NCBI RefSeq assembly: GCF_006345805.1
Contig: NC_042999.1
Location: 54,250,001-54,314,000, forward strand
Direction: 5' to 3'
Origin: Octopus sinensis
Lineage: Eukaryota
DNA length: 64,000 nt
Shown here: positions 51,471 to 64,000 of the stretch, piece by piece
How the letters are laid out: each line of letters opens with the position of its first letter
Numbering within the stretch: the first letter of the stretch is position 1
The notes under the pieces: generated by a model
What the model saw: only the letters and a program-made list of their open reading frames with translations
Told to the model about the DNA's origin: nothing
Databases searched by the model: none
Translations under genes and position numbers: made by a program

Positions 51471-51966
51471 TTTGCAATTACAGTAATCCTTTCTACAATA
51501 GGCACAAGGCCTGGAATTTGTAGGGTGGGGGCTAGCGGTATTTTTGTGCCGCGACATTCTGTGTTCATATTCCGCCGAGGTCACCTTTGCCTTTCATCCT
51601 TTCGAGGTCGATAAATTAAGTACTCAGGGGTCGATATAATGGACTAGTCCCTTCCGCCAAAAATTCAAGCCTTTGTATCTTCGGTAGAAAGGTATTATGA
51701 CTCTCAACGGGAGACAAAACAACAACAACACAGGCTTCAAAAAACATTTCTTGGAGAAATAGATAGAAAGGAAAGGCTTTGGCGGGAAAATATGTCACGT
51801 TTGTAAAAGGCGGTGGTGGTGGTGGTGACGGTTGCAGTTATGTTCGGTTGTCGGTGATGGACGTAGTAAAGTTACCCCCACCATCTCCACCACTCTGTGG
51901 CAATACTTTACACTCACTCTATATCTATCTGTCATTCTTACGTCTCCATTTTTCTATTTCTCTACC

Positions 51967-52104
51967 AGGAGTGGCTGTGTGGTACGTAACTTGCTAACCA
52001 ACCACATGGTTCCGGGTTCAGTCCCACTGCGTGCCATCTTGGGCAAGTGTCGACCAATGCCTTGTGAGTGGATTTGATAGACGGAAACTGAAAGAAGCCT
52101 GTCG

Positions 52105-52152
<48 letters not shown>

Positions 52153-52342
52153 TGTGTTTGTGTGTCTGTGTTTGACCCCCTAGCATTGCTTGACAACCGA
52201 CGCTGGTGTGTTTACGTCCCCGTCACTTAGCGGTTCGGCAAAAGAGACCGATAGAATAAGTACTGGGCTTACAAAGAATAAGTCCCGGGGTCGATTTGCT
52301 CGACTAAGGGCGGTGCTCCAGCATGGCCGCAGTCAAATTACT
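51967..52342 (+). mobile_element. SINE S2, essentially full length
   Basis: ggagtggctgtgtgg head, ggttcagtccc B box, internal (TA)/(TG) tract, tail ggcggtgctccagcatggccgcagtc...gaaacaagtaaaagag. Confidence 0.9.
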
Positions 52343-52847
52343 GAAACAAGTAAAAGAGTAATCTATCTACTTCCCCCCAACAGAAGTAACACACACACAC
52401 GCTCACACACACATATATATATATACACACACATATATACATACACATTACAACATAAGAACAAAACAAATCTAGCGACTGCCTTCATTCTCGTTCTCCC
52501 TTCTCCTCTCTCTCTCTCTCTTTTTCTCTCCCTCCCTCTCTGTCATGCCCTCACACTGTACCTCGCTGATCTTTTCCTCATATTCTCTTCTTTTGCACTA
52601 CTTTCACTCTGTCTCTCTCTCTTTCCCTGTCTGTCTCAAGAGTTATTTCGTCCTCGTTCCGAAATGTCTATCTATCTACCTATCAATCAATTTATCTATT
52701 TACCTACCTACCTACCTACCTACCTACCTACCTACTTATATATCTATCTACCAGTCTATTTATCTATTCATCTACCTATCTATTTATCTATCTATCTATC
52801 TATCTACCTATGTATTTATTTATCCATCTATCGATCCATCTATCTAT

Positions 52848-53151
52848 GTGACCTCATTGACCGAGGTTACCGGGGTCTTTTCCTAGACTTTTCTTTCCAC
52901 AGGAAAACCTCACTTGTCCTCCCCTTTACACTTTATATTGACATTTCTGTGATAACGATCCCTATTGATCGATTTTTTCTTTTTCCTTTTATTTTATTTT
53001 ATTCCCCTCCATTTTTTTTTGTTTTCCTCCTTCTTTCTTTTTACGATCCCATTTGATCGAAAACCAAACCCCCATTTTATCCCCAAAAGAAAAGCTCTAC
53101 CTTGTAATTTGTTCCGTCTTTGTACAGCCCTGTGTGGCTAATAAAGAAACA

Positions 53152-53152
<1 letters not shown>
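52848..53152 (+). mobile_element. 3'-UTR-only copy of Tx1 subfamily A inside an (ATCT)n array
   Basis: Matches the reverse complement of 4741-5075; (TATC)-type repeats on both sides (~52670-52845, 53151-53320). Confidence 0.9.
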
Positions 53153-53222
<70 letters not shown>

Positions 53223-53768
53223 ATATCTGTTTGTGTGTCTGTCTGTCTGTCTGTCTGTCTGTCGGTCTATCTATCTATCTATTTATCTGTCTATCTACTT
53301 TCTATCTATCTATCTGTATATATATATATCTCAAAATTCAATATATAATCATTTATGATTATAGTATTCTACGCTGAAGAGAAAAGAAGTTTCGGTAAGA
53401 TAGAATTATTTAATATTTAATATTTAATTCTTATGCTTTCCTAAAAACTTGATTTCGAAACGTACGTCCGTGGATAACTAAAAAAATGTATGATAGATTG
53501 CAGTCAATTCATTCTCTCTTACCTGTTTGTGTCTGCCTTCCAAATGCTGTTTTTACTGAGATCTCCCTTTTTAGTAGAAGAAATAGCTATACCACCCTTT
53601 GACTGCTATTTCTAAATTCGGTATGTGGTAAGGCAACTCGTTGCTAAACCCTTATTGCTTAGTATTACTTAAATTTTCCTCGAATGAGGCTTTTACATGC
53701 CGAAGACTACTTGGTGTAATTGATAATTTTTCCAAATTAATTGATTTCACCCTTCATTATTACGGATA

Positions 53769-53817
<49 letters not shown>

Positions 53818-53819
53818 AT

Positions 53820-54020
53820 CCAAACAAGAAAACACAAAAAAACAAAAAAACAACAACGTGAGGACGTGGAACAAATAAAGTTTATTGGACGCTCAGGAAA
53901 GAAGGGAAGAAGGAAGGTTTAACGTTTCGAGCGGAGCTCTTCGTCGGAAACATAGGAGAAGGAAAGATCCCGAGGAGGGAAGACAGAGGAAAAAAATCGC
54001 CAGCGGTACTCACGAGGTAT
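53820..54020 (-). mobile_element. Penelope-like terminal repeat H3 with hammerhead variant (motif ~53917-53952)
   Basis: Minus strand: gttt-ccgacga-a-gagc[tcc]gctc-gaaac-gtt-aaac; flanked by (TA)n. Confidence 0.6.
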
Positions 54021-54021
54021 A

Positions 54022-54062
<41 letters not shown>

Positions 54063-54072
54063 TATATATATA

Positions 54073-54117
<45 letters not shown>

Positions 54118-54180
54118 CTGTCTCTCTATCTATCTATTATCTATCTACATATCTATTTATTGTCTCTCTACTTTCTATCA

Positions 54181-54254
<74 letters not shown>

Positions 54255-54707
54255 TTGTCTGTGTGTGTGTGTGTATCTTGTTTGCTTGGAGCATGACTGT
54301 GTGTGCCCCCGCGCATGTGTGTTTGTGCCTATATATGCGTATGTTTGAGCCTATATGTGTGTGTGTGCTTCTGCATGTGTGTGCGTGTGTGTGAGTGAGT
54401 GCGTGTAGTTCGGGTTATGAAGCGTTAAACTAATATTTGTTAAAACTTGCCCCACCCCCACTCCCATATGGTCTCCGTTTCACTCACATCGTTTAATATG
54501 TATAACGAAAGACGAAAAATGGTGTATCTAATAGTATTCAAGGTAGATTCTTGACTTATTGCAATTATCTCCGCCTCTAGGGAACGGTACAACAATCGCT
54601 TGGTGACGAAAAACACATCCATCAGTAATCCATCAGTATTAATGTCATGACTGTGTGTGTGTGAGTGTGTGCGTGTGTACATGTATACATAGATAAACAG
54701 AAGCAGA

Positions 54708-54748
<41 letters not shown>

Positions 54749-54764
54749 TATATATATATATATA

Positions 54765-54888
<124 letters not shown>

Positions 54889-55205
54889 CATACATATATA
54901 TATAAAGGAGAGAGAGAGAGAATGATAAACTGAAGTGAACTACGTAACAGACAATAATGAATTGACGGTTTAAAGGTAGGCGCACTTATTGGTAGACACA
55001 ATGACAGCCCAAATTCTTAGCATTACACATATGCACATACGTACATAACTCACACTCACACACCCACACACCCACACACACACACACATATATATACATA
55101 CACGCGTGCACATATATATGTATGTGTGTGAGCATGTGTGTGTATGTGTGTGTCAGACAGATACAGACAGAGACAAAAATCAGACAGACAGACAGACACA
55201 CACAC

Positions 55206-55257
<52 letters not shown>

Positions 55258-55288
55258 GATAGATAGATAGATAGATAGATAGATAGAC

Positions 55289-55425
<137 letters not shown>

Positions 55426-55609
55426 TACATGAATACTTTCATACATCGATACATACATACATACATACGTACATACATACATATAGGCGGTACCATGAAA
55501 TTTAATAAACTGTCTAGTCAGAGAGTGAGAGGTTGATAGACAATTAGGAGAGAGGGAGGGAAAAAGTGGGGGTGAGAGTGGGGAGAATAGGTGTATGCGG
55601 CTATGTATG

Positions 55610-55643
<34 letters not shown>

Positions 55644-56079
55644 TGTATGTATGTATGTATGTATGTATGCATGTATGTATGTATGTATGTATGAGGAAAA
55701 AGGGAGAGAAGGGAAGGGAGAGGTTGTGTGAGAGTCTATCTCTGAAGAGTATTAACAGACTACCTCGATTAGGTCTTTGAAAGGGTATTGGGTGCAACAA
55801 TCGTAGAAATAACTGAGTCGTTGAGAAGATCAGTGAGCTTATGTAGGAATCTTGGAATGTGAGTGTGTTTGTGTGTGTATGCGTGTGTGTATGTGTGAGT
55901 TTGTGTTTACTTGTTTGTGTGTGGGACAAAGAGTGCAAGAGAGAAGGATAGAGACAAAGAGAGAGAGAGAGTGCAATGAAATAGAGGGTGTAGCTCTCTA
56001 TACACCAATATACAGAAGATAAAACAATGACAGTGTGTTACACGTAGATGAGTTTCGCCTTTCGTTATTTTCCGGGGAC

Positions 56080-56600
56080 CTTCCCTATCGATTTGTTTTG
56101 GGAAATTCCTCTCCTAAAATAACAACACCTCATGGATATTATTTTTATATCTTTATTTTCAGTGACATTATTCCGCGGAGAAGCCATTAAACGCATGTGT
56201 TCATTCCGCTTTTCTCTCATTTTGAATCCACACTCTCGGCTCACATCCCAAAGCAATCTGTTCCCAAAGCAGTCACGTCTGCGTTTATATTCTTTTCCTG
56301 GTAGCTTACTGCATTCACTTAAGATGTGGTTGATATATTAGTTTCCTTTACCACAGATCAAATTCTGCGTTTGCTCTCTAAGTCTTATCGATTTTTGCCT
56401 GCATCAAATTCATTCTAATGCTTTGCTTCTGAACGGCTATAAATAAAGATTCAATTTAACGTTTCAGATTTCTGTCCGTCAGCCACAAGCAGCGTCCTTC
56501 ACTTCCAGCATCCTCGGTATGTTCCATGAATTAGCCATATAATTCCTTCACTTTTGTCATGGATTGAACTCCTCATGAATATATAACCAATGCTGTATAT
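56080..56600 (-). pseudogene. Degraded R4/Dong-like zinc-finger region
   Basis: SECSKLPGKEYKRR.D...RECGF...NEH...VTENKDIKI across frameshifts. Confidence 0.55.
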
Positions 56601-56675
56601 GTGTTTAATTAATTAAAAATTGTCAGTCACATGGCATCCGTTGCGCTCCATATGTATATATATATATAATATATA

Positions 56676-56748
<73 letters not shown>

Positions 56749-56759
56749 ATATAATATAT

Positions 56760-57043
56760 GGAGGCGTAAATGGCCCAGTGGTTAGGGCAGTGGACTCGCG
56801 ATTGTAGGTTCGCGGTTCCGATTCCCAGACCGGGCGTTGTGAGTGTTTATTGATCGGAAAGACCAAAAGCGCCACACGGCTCCGGCAGGGGTTGGTGATG
56901 ATTCTTGCTGTACTCTTTCGCCACAACTTTGCCTCACTTTTTCCAGCGGGGTGGCGTCATTTGAAGGCTAAAACAATGTGAAGCGCATTGTGACCAGCGA
57001 TGTTTAGCAACATCTGATAACCTGGTCGGCCACGGTAATCCCG

Positions 57044-57050
<7 letters not shown>
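56760..57050 (+). mobile_element. SINE with S4 head and alternative tail
   Basis: Head matches 31708-31890; tail gcggggtggcgtcatttgaaggctaaaacaatg differs. Confidence 0.85.
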
Positions 57051-57079
<29 letters not shown>

Positions 57080-57124
57080 ACTATATATATGTCACTATAT
57101 ATATATATATATATTACATATATA

Positions 57125-57232
<108 letters not shown>

Positions 57233-57603
57233 TGTATGTATGTATGTATGTATGTATGTATGTATGTATGTATAAATGTATGTATGTATGTATGTATGTA
57301 TGTATGTATATATATATATAGTAGGTACTGAAAATTTAGGGTGAATATTTGATAAGTGTAAGCACCTGTATACGCCAGATAGTGGCAGATGTGAGAGAGA
57401 ATATATCAAATAAAATGAAAGCCAGAAGACATGTTTCAAGCTTTATAAATTAAAACAGATTAGGAGATCGAAAATCCACCTGACGAATGTCATTGAAGAC
57501 ATGAAACGATTGTAGTGGCGGTTTATTTCTTTATATTAAAAATTTTTATGTATTGATTAAGTCTTTCCTTGTTTGTTTTGCAAAATAGTGTTTTTGTCTC
57601 GAA

Positions 57604-57698
<95 letters not shown>

Positions 57699-57759
57699 CA
57701 TATGCGAATGTATTTGTTTCTTTATTGTACATAGAGGGAACAACGAAGGACAGACAAAA

Positions 57760-57900
57760 GAATTAAGTCGATTACATAGTCCCCGAAAGGATGAAAGGCA
57801 CAGTCAAACTCGGCGGAATTTGAACTCAGAACGTAACGGCAGACGAAATACCGCTAAGCATATCGCCCGGCGTTCTAACGTTTCTGCCAGCTCGCCATCC
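57760..57900 (-). mobile_element. SINE S3 5' part
   Basis: Reverse complement of the S3 head. Confidence 0.8.
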
Positions 57901-58789
57901 AATTAAAATAAAAGGGGACACACAATTGATTCCATCACTACATGATCACGGTTGATGTTGCTACCCCTTCTCATACGTTCTGCTATTGGTTGTGCTTCCA
58001 CTGCGGCGAGATATTTTACGGTTATTTGATCCTTGTTCCTAAACTTATGCTAAAGAAATAAGCAAATTACAAAACTTGACATCTTCCTAATTATTTGTCC
58101 TGTTCTTCCTTCAGTTCTTGAATCCTGCAATTCAGTAACTTTTGGGGACATTTGTAACCGTCGATCATATTCTTTCTTCATCACACGCAACCGAATAACG
58201 CAGTGCTTACAGCGCTGCCTGGGTTTAGCAATCCTCCGTCCCACATTCCTTTCTTGGGAAGTAGAGGCTAACGATATCACTCTTAGGGTGATACACGTTG
58301 AGTATTTTGAGCAGCTTGCTAGTTCTTTTTAAGTTCTGTACCTCTGTCTTAGTCCGTTATAAAAAAAAAGGAGGAGAGCATCTCATTACTGCATCGTCCA
58401 TGCATTCATTCATCTGATAATATTCCTTTCCTTTAATTTTGTTTCGAGTTCCGTAATTTTTCTCTTGTACTCTTTATAGATTTTAACCTTCATTTTTCTT
58501 TCCATTGCCTTCTCGCCTTGCAGTACCATTAGAAACTTTTACCCTTCACAATATCTCAGCGATATAATCATCTTTCATCTTGCGCACCCTCTTCATAACT
58601 GTAACTACCCTTGATCACCATAACCTGCATACCAACATACTTGCTAAATATTCTTACGATTTCCACAATCCAGGTATTTTTGTCATCGTCATCATCGTCA
58701 TCATCATCGTTATCATCATTATCATCATCATCATTATTATCATCGTCATCATCGTCATCATCGTCATTATTATTATTTTAAAAAGTTTT

Positions 58790-59790
58790 TGCATTTCGCT
58801 CCTATGATGGAATTTAAGTGGTTTACTATTAGATAACAAGTCACCACCTCTAACCTCAGCCATCCTTTGAATGATCTTTGTCGGTCTTAATAAGCAAGCT
58901 AGTTGCATGTATTTTGGGTTTCTTCAAGCCAACATTTTCTATCGACACGTTGAGCCTCTTCCCCGTCGGTCCTAAAGTTCCAATACGATCTCATATTTTC
59001 TACAACCCCAACAATCTACTTATCTTTCTCTTCCGGTTCTGGTATATATCTACTTTGTTGATGTCTTTTTCTCTTGTCCTTAGATCAGTTGGACAGACCT
59101 CATCAATTAAAGTTTCTAACCTCCCAGACACCAAGATATATGGTCTATAGTGCTCTAGGTCATGCTCCTTTTGGACAGGAATGTCTCAAAGAAGTTTAAC
59201 CCCATCATTCTCAGTCTCTTTTTCCCGGTGCATGTTCATATCAATGAACTGTCCACACTTCTTACACATTTGTTAGTGGATAATCTTTGCAACATTTTTC
59301 ATATCTCCAATATTTCTAATGTTTCTCTGTGGCAGTTTGGAATATTCACTTTCTATGCAACTTACTGATTCTTCTCGTTCATCGCACAATGGAGATACAT
59401 TGACTCCTGTCCTACATTTTGCACAATTTGTCCACGGGGTTCGATCCTGAGCTGTCACTATAAATCATTCAGTCTCTTTAATGAGAATCCCCTTTTCCAA
59501 TCAATTCCAAGTGTCTTTGCCTCCTTCTGCCTCAGGATTCTTCATAAACTCAGTATGTAAATGTTATTCCAAATAACTTTCCTTTTCTCTTTTCAAGTAC
59601 TTCATCTTTTGTTTGTTCTTCTCTTGGTATGTCAGCATTGTTCCCTCATACTAGCAGTTCTTCAGTGCTTTCATCACGATACTGAGTGAGACTCTTCACT
59701 TCCATATACATGCAAACTCCAACACTGATAGACCCCCCCTTTCTCCATTTTTTAACGTTTCATATACAGCATGTCCACATCCTTCATTTG
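58790..59790 (-). pseudogene. Degraded R4/Dong-like 3' portion (post-RT, zinc finger, RLE)
   Basis: W..LEKGILIKETE.FIVTAQD...TN...SPLC..DEREESVS...NVAKIIH...ENDGVKLL.DIP...ACLL...KII; followed in sense by an AAT/GAT tract at 58680-58780. Confidence 0.65.
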
Positions 59791-59834
59791 CAGTGATGAT
59801 CTTGTTAATACTGGATCGTTTCATTAACTCCTTA

Positions 59835-60350
59835 TCAGATTGTGTTCCCAAAAGTGTTGTCTTTGCACTGTCGTAATGCTGGCGAAGATTGGAATCTTTG
59901 CCAGCCCTTTGGGAGACTTTTCGTCACCGGACCAAGAGCTACAATCACAATTGGTACCACTCTTGCTTTCATGTTCCATATTCTCTCGACATCCGACGAG
60001 CTTGCTTTCAAAATCCGTATAAAAGCATATTTAGTCGATTTCATGATGTGAATTTATGTCCCACCAGTTGATTTAAACCCACAAAGAAATACACGAGCAA
60101 CTTGCTTTAGTCCATCTGGGGCTGACTGACATGTGAATATCGGAATGTGGCTGAAATACTGAAATTTAGGAACTGAATTCCCTCATTTACTCCAAAGTCA
60201 TTCCGATGCACGAATCTGCTTTTGAAAGATTCTATTCTCAAGTCTGCATATTTTACTATTGTCTCGTTTTCCTTATCATTAATATAATAATCTTCAGGCC
60301 AAGCTACATCGATCAACAAACACCTTGTTACAGTACCTTTCAACACCAAA
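59835..60350 (-). pseudogene. Two further RLE C-terminal fragments
   Basis: CLLIDVAWPED..INDKENE.IVKYADLRIE and VERIWNMKARVVPIVIVALGPVTKSL. Confidence 0.65.
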
Positions 60351-60719
60351 GCTATGCCTGTTCTTTTATGTGCGTGAATGCTTGTCCTCCACCACCAGAG
60401 GACAACCGGTGTTCGAGTGTTTACGTCACCGTAACTTGGCGGTTCAGTAAAAAAGTCTGGTACATTTAAGGCTGATATTTATTCTATAGAACAAGTGCTA
60501 GGTTTTAAAAAAAAGCAGTGCTGGGCTCGACTCATTTAACTAAACATGATTCAAGGCTAAGACGAGTAAAAGATACAAAACTAAAAGATAAATAACCCAC
60601 GCCCCAGCCTCACCTCCACACACATACACACACACGTCACATGGAATCTAAACCAATAACCAAATTAGTCAGCAATTTTCATTTGGAAACACGAAAAACA
60701 CTCAATCATCATGGCTGAC

Positions 60720-61300
60720 AGGAATGTAACCTCAATCATCCACATTCTCAACATTTGGTAATAGATCACTTCTCAAAACCAGAAAGGACAAAGCTAATTC
60801 CAATCCATCACTGGAAATGTAAAAATCTGTAAAACTTTCCAGAAGTTTATCATTTGAATATATATGAGCATGTCTAGATATGTAACTATATGCATGAGAA
60901 TACATACATACATACATACATACATACATACATACATACATACATACATACATACATACATACATACATACATACATACATACATACATACGGATGTTAA
61001 CTTAAAGCTGAAGATCAGTGAAAAAGAGAACACCTATGCTGAACTATTGAGAAATTTGCAGTTACTCTATCCAGATTACAAGTTCAGGTTTATAGTTGTA
61101 ATTATTGGGGCCCTGGGATATGTAACACGCTCCCTAAATACTAATCTTGAGAAATTAGGCTCCTCAAAACCAGAAATTCGAAGACTACAGATCCAATCCA
61201 TCACTGGAACAATAAAAATCTGCAAAACTTTCTAGAAGTTTATCATTTATATATGAGCATTTCTAGATATGTAACTATAAGCATGAGAATACATACATAA
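60720..61300 (+). mobile_element. Two tandem 3' ends of an RLE-type retrotransposon separated and followed by (TACA)n
   Basis: KISEKENTYAELLRNLQLLYPDY...VIIGALGYV...QIQSITGTIKICKTF. The UTR gagcat(g/t)tctagatatgtaactat(a)agcatgagaa-tacata occurs at ~60865-60900 and ~61255-61295, with a remnant at ~62140-62180. Confidence 0.75.
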
Positions 61301-61959
61301 CACATACAAATCTTCACATACATACATACAAACAAAAATACCCTGTTGTTGATGGTGAAATTCCAATGAAGGAGCCTTGGATCTAGGTTAGAAACCGGCT
61401 CTTTCTCTATAGGCAACAAATCTTGAAATAAAACTGAACAATTACATACATACATACGTACATACATACATACATGCATACATGAGTCCTTCATCATTGA
61501 AGATATTAATATTAGATATGAAGGAGATAGGCTGCTATATCTAGTAAGTCAAGCAGTCATTTAATGGTTGTGTCGTTGTGTTTTATTGTTTGATGGGTTA
61601 TCTTCATTGTCCACAAGTATATGTGCCAGAGATGTAATACAATATCTTTATATTGTACTACAACATTGTAGGTGGCTTGTATTAAATAATTATTGTTTTG
61701 TAAATGTTATTTGATCTCGGTTTTCTAAATAACAACGGAAAGTTTCCGTTTCGAAACCTGATCTGCTTTGTTTCCGTTCAGATGTCGTGACTCTAGTGAA
61801 AAAAGGCACATTACGTTATGCAATGAGTTAAATTGTAAGCGAATAGTACTTTTGCTATGACCCCATAAGGTCATTTCCGGTGAGTTTCACATGATGGGGG
61901 AGGGAAAAATATGAAAAAGACATGCACCAGTGTTGGAGAAAATGACTGTACGCACATAC

Positions 61960-62001
<42 letters not shown>

Positions 62002-62685
62002 ATATATAATATATATACATATATATACATGCACCCGCACGTGCATACATACGCACACGCATACGCACGTAGATACATATATACGTACGTACATACGTGC
62101 AGACATGCATAGTCATACATACATACATACATACATATGAACATGTCTAGGTATGCAACTATAAGCATGAGAAGACATACATAAAACAAAACATAGGAAT
62201 CTGCACGTATACATACATTCAAGCAAAAATGCCCTGTTGATGCTGTGCAAATCCCAATGAAGGAGCCCTGAATCTCATATCAAGATAAACAGCGCATGAC
62301 CTTGCAGGTGGGGCCCAGTTAGAATTTTCTTCTGGTCGAGTAACCCATCCCGCTTAAAAGGTCCCTGAATAAGGGTTGTTTAAAGATGTTGAACAAAATA
62401 CCCATGTTTCCAAAGGTGAATTATCCAAACCCCAAAGAGTTCCTTTCAATACATGGCTATGATACTCCTCCACTGCTTCTGCTCATGATCAGAAATGTAC
62501 GTATTGGTAGCCACTAAGGAACATGCTCAACTAGTTATGGTCAAGCAACTGAAAAGCAAATCTGTGGTATTGAGCAGAATATTTGCTGTAGCCCATCTTT
62601 TATATCAAGACAAAACAAGGTACATGATAATACGTGAAAAGACATGAGAGTCACTCTCTCATTGTTATTATTATTTTTACTATTA

Positions 62686-62751
<66 letters not shown>

Positions 62752-63183
62752 GCATGAGGACAGATACATTCCTCTATGGTAGAGCTCTCGTTGACTTCAA
62801 GTTTCACTTGAAAAAGAAATTGAGAGTGGAGAGGGAAGTGCTGTCCTTGTGTGAATTTATTGAAAGGTGGGTAAAAGTTGCGAAAATGGCAAGAGTGGAT
62901 AGCACCTCTCTAAGTGTAGATCTTTGAGTCGGAGAGGGCACTTGCTCCTAGGATTTCAGGGAAATCTCGGACAGTGGGGTTCCTCGATTATCCCGAGAAG
63001 CGTTCCTGTATCAGGAGGACCACATCTCTATTATCCTCCCCGCCATTTTTGTTACCTTGCTATGCTAGACCGTATATACTTACCTTTTTTTATATCATTT
63101 CATAATATGCAAACCTCAACACTTTATGTCTGTCTTTATATTGTCCCCCTCATCCTACGCCCTTGTGGCAAATAAATTAAATC
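62752..63183 (+). mobile_element. 3' end of a third Tx1-type subfamily (C) inside an (ATT)n array
   Basis: RTDTFLYGRALVDF.KFHLKKKLRVEREVLS...RWVKVAKMARV aligns with the copy A/C C-terminus; unrelated UTR body, ending cgcccttgtggcaaataaa; (ATT)n on both sides. Confidence 0.85.
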
Positions 63184-63224
63184 ATTATTATTATTATTAT
63201 TATTATTACTATTCTTAACATTAA

Positions 63225-63450
63225 GGCAGTGAGCTGGCAGAATCGTTAGCACGCTGGACGAAATGCGTTGCTGTATTTCGCCCGACGCTGCGTTCTGAGT
63301 TCAAATTCCGCCGAGGTCGACTTTGCCTTTCATCTTTTCGGGGTCGATAAATTAAGTGCCAGTTGTATACTGGGGTCGATCTAATCGACTGGGCCCCCAC
63401 CCCTCATCAAAAAATTTCGGGCCTTGTACCTAGAGTAGAAACGAATATTT
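63225..63450 (+). mobile_element. SINE S3, full length, second tail type
   Basis: Head ggcagtgagctggcagaatcgttagc; tail aatcgactgggcccc...tttcgggccttgtacctagagtagaa. Confidence 0.85.
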
Positions 63451-63489
63451 ATAATCTTACTTTCCTTTCCCCCTTTATATACCACAACA

Positions 63490-64000
63490 ATGTCTGATCT
63501 CTCAGCATCGATTAAGGATTCACATTGGATTGCAAAATCCCGCACTATCTTATATTCTTTGTACTCAGTGACTCCTGGTTCATGCTCCTACCATTTCCGT
63601 GCTCTGTTCAGGCTGTACTTTTCACGTATTCTCCGGTGAACAAACTTAGCCACGTTATCGTTCCTCCTTTTGGAGTGCTTTTCTGCAGCTTGCTACACTC
63701 ACTCACAATATGTGAGATTGTTTCGTTTCTGCTGCGCACATCCTACAAAAGGGCAATTCACTGCTCTTATCTATTTGTATTTTAGTGTAATTAGTTCTCA
63801 GAGCTTGTTCATAGAATCTGCATATCAATGCTTCTATGCATTCTTTCAGATCACTTCTTAGCCATCTCCAAATGTTCATCTCGTGTTTTCCTTCGATTTC
63901 TCTGAGATTTGTCCATGTAGGGATTTCATTTTCCAATTGTTTATTCTTCCTTCTTCATTTTGTTTCTTAAATGTTTGTAGGTGCATCTCATTTTCGGTAG
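63490..64000 (-). pseudogene. R4/Dong-like fragment (zinc finger and start of RLE), runs off the window edge
   Basis: WRWL.RSDLKECIEALIC...EQALRTNY.K..IDKSSELPFCRMC...SHI.VSECSKL...NVAKFVH...EHEP.GVTE...DIVVV. Confidence 0.8.

Noticed and set aside
52190-52345. Recurrent peptide [24 protein letters not shown] (also 32528, 43127)
   Set aside because: Chance frame within SINE S2, not a gene family.

Overview
AT-rich, repeat-saturated animal genomic DNA. The tRNA-derived SINE families and the microsatellite density resemble octopus/coleoid cephalopod genomes (inference). I recognise no host protein-coding gene. There is one plausible promoter/first exon (~30.1-30.6 kb, minus strand) and a few weak exon candidates. 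Identifiable content: Tx1-type (L1 group) non-LTR retrotransposons, including a 5'-truncated RT copy with one visible nonsense codon and a ~600-bp fold-back duplicate; several R4/Dong-like and other RLE-type retrotransposon fragments; a CR1-group 3' end; an internally deleted Tc1/mariner element; a MITE; four modular SINE families plus a ~75-nt tRNA mini-SINE; and minimal hammerhead-ribozyme motifs of the Penelope-associated type. Most notable observations: (i) several retroelement families each embedded in and tailed by their own microsatellite ((ATCT)n, (ATT)n, (AAT)n, (TACA)n); (ii) SINE 3' tails matching Tx1 and CR1-group LINE 3' ends, with conserved hairpins; (iii) hammerhead core variants; (iv) a ~305-bp-arm palindrome whose spacer is complementary to its right flank. 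Most ORFs in the supplied track are microsatellite artefacts. All comparisons were made by eye and repeat boundaries are approximate.
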